Below, in pieces: positions 63,490 to 64,000 of a stretch of 64,000 nt of DNA; within the stretch, counting starts at the first letter, position 1, and the number at the start of each line of letters is the position of its first letter. The notes under the pieces were generated by a model. That model saw only the letters and a list, made by a program, of their open reading frames with translations, had not been told where the DNA came from and did no database searches. The translations under genes were made by a program, and so were the position numbers. Location of the stretch: assembly GCF_902713615.1 (NCBI RefSeq), contig NC_052151.1, forward strand, positions 372,001-436,000. The letters run 5' to 3'. The stretch is from Scyliorhinus canicula. Taxonomy: Eukaryota.

Positions 63490-64000
63490 TCGAAAGAGAA
63501 AATGCTGGAAAATCTCAGCAGGTCTGGCAGCATCTGTAGGGAGAGAAAAGAGCGAACGTTTCGAGTCCAGATGACCCTTTGTCAAAGCTAACAGACAGAG
63601 AGAGTGGGAAATATTTATACTGTGGAGTGAGAATGAAAGACGAATCATAGCCACAGAAACCCAGGGAAACCGGGTGCTAATGGCCACAGATACCAAAGGG
63701 AAAGAGTGTTAATGGCAGTCCCCAGAGAGAACAAAAGATGTGAAAGGTCAAACAGCAGGGAAACTAACATCAGAGGGTGAACTGTAGATGTGGGGGGAGG
63801 GGAAGGGGGAAGCAAAGAGGGGAAAGGTGGATAAGATTGGGGGGGGGGGGTTAAATATATATAAAGAAAGGCAAGAGAGAAAGAAATAGTAAAAGACAGT
63901 TAAAATGAAGTGGGATGAAAACAAATGGGTCGAGGTGGGGTCCTAATCATCTGAAGTTGTTGAATTCGATGTTGAGACTGGAAGAGCTGTAGTCCAGATA
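63490..64000 (-). mobile_element. Penelope-like element 3' end (ORF end + pLTR/3'UTR)
   Basis: The minus frame ends SLNIEFNNFR* (TGA 63947-63949), resembling a PLE GIY-YIG C-terminus. A hammerhead motif lies downstream. Confidence 0.75.
63551..63589 (-). ncRNA. Minimal type I hammerhead ribozyme motif (U3-A8 variant)
   Basis: Minus strand reads AGCT-TTGACAA-A-GGGTC-ATCTG-GACTC-GAAA-CG-TT-CGCT. Confidence 0.6.

Overview
Repeat-dense vertebrate DNA, most likely a cartilaginous fish such as a catshark. That assignment is inferred from the HE1/V-SINE-like SINEs and the CR1, Rex1/Babar, L1/Tx1, Penelope and Gypsy relics. Only one host gene is recognisable: an LBH-family gene on the + strand (coding exons 42354-42428 and 47282-47476, 89 aa, plus a probable upstream exon ending at 41279). 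Most long ORFs in the track are translations of minisatellites or run through N gaps. About 18.5 kb (about 6195-24160) is repeated at 24661-41190 across a 500-N gap, probably an unmerged haplotype overlap. Most notable: (1) the LBH exon-2 splice acceptor is amplified into a 24-copy 42-bp array, and a short in-frame uORF stops 12 nt before the LBH ATG; (2) a 16-bp minisatellite whose unit equals the anticodon arm of a tRNA-Thr(AGT)-like SINE head; (3) a Penelope 3' end with a minimal hammerhead ribozyme showing U3-A8 covariation; (4) a multi-layer nested TE insertion with a visible target-site duplication; (5) tandem monomer arrays in the 5' regions of two LINEs and inside a MITE.
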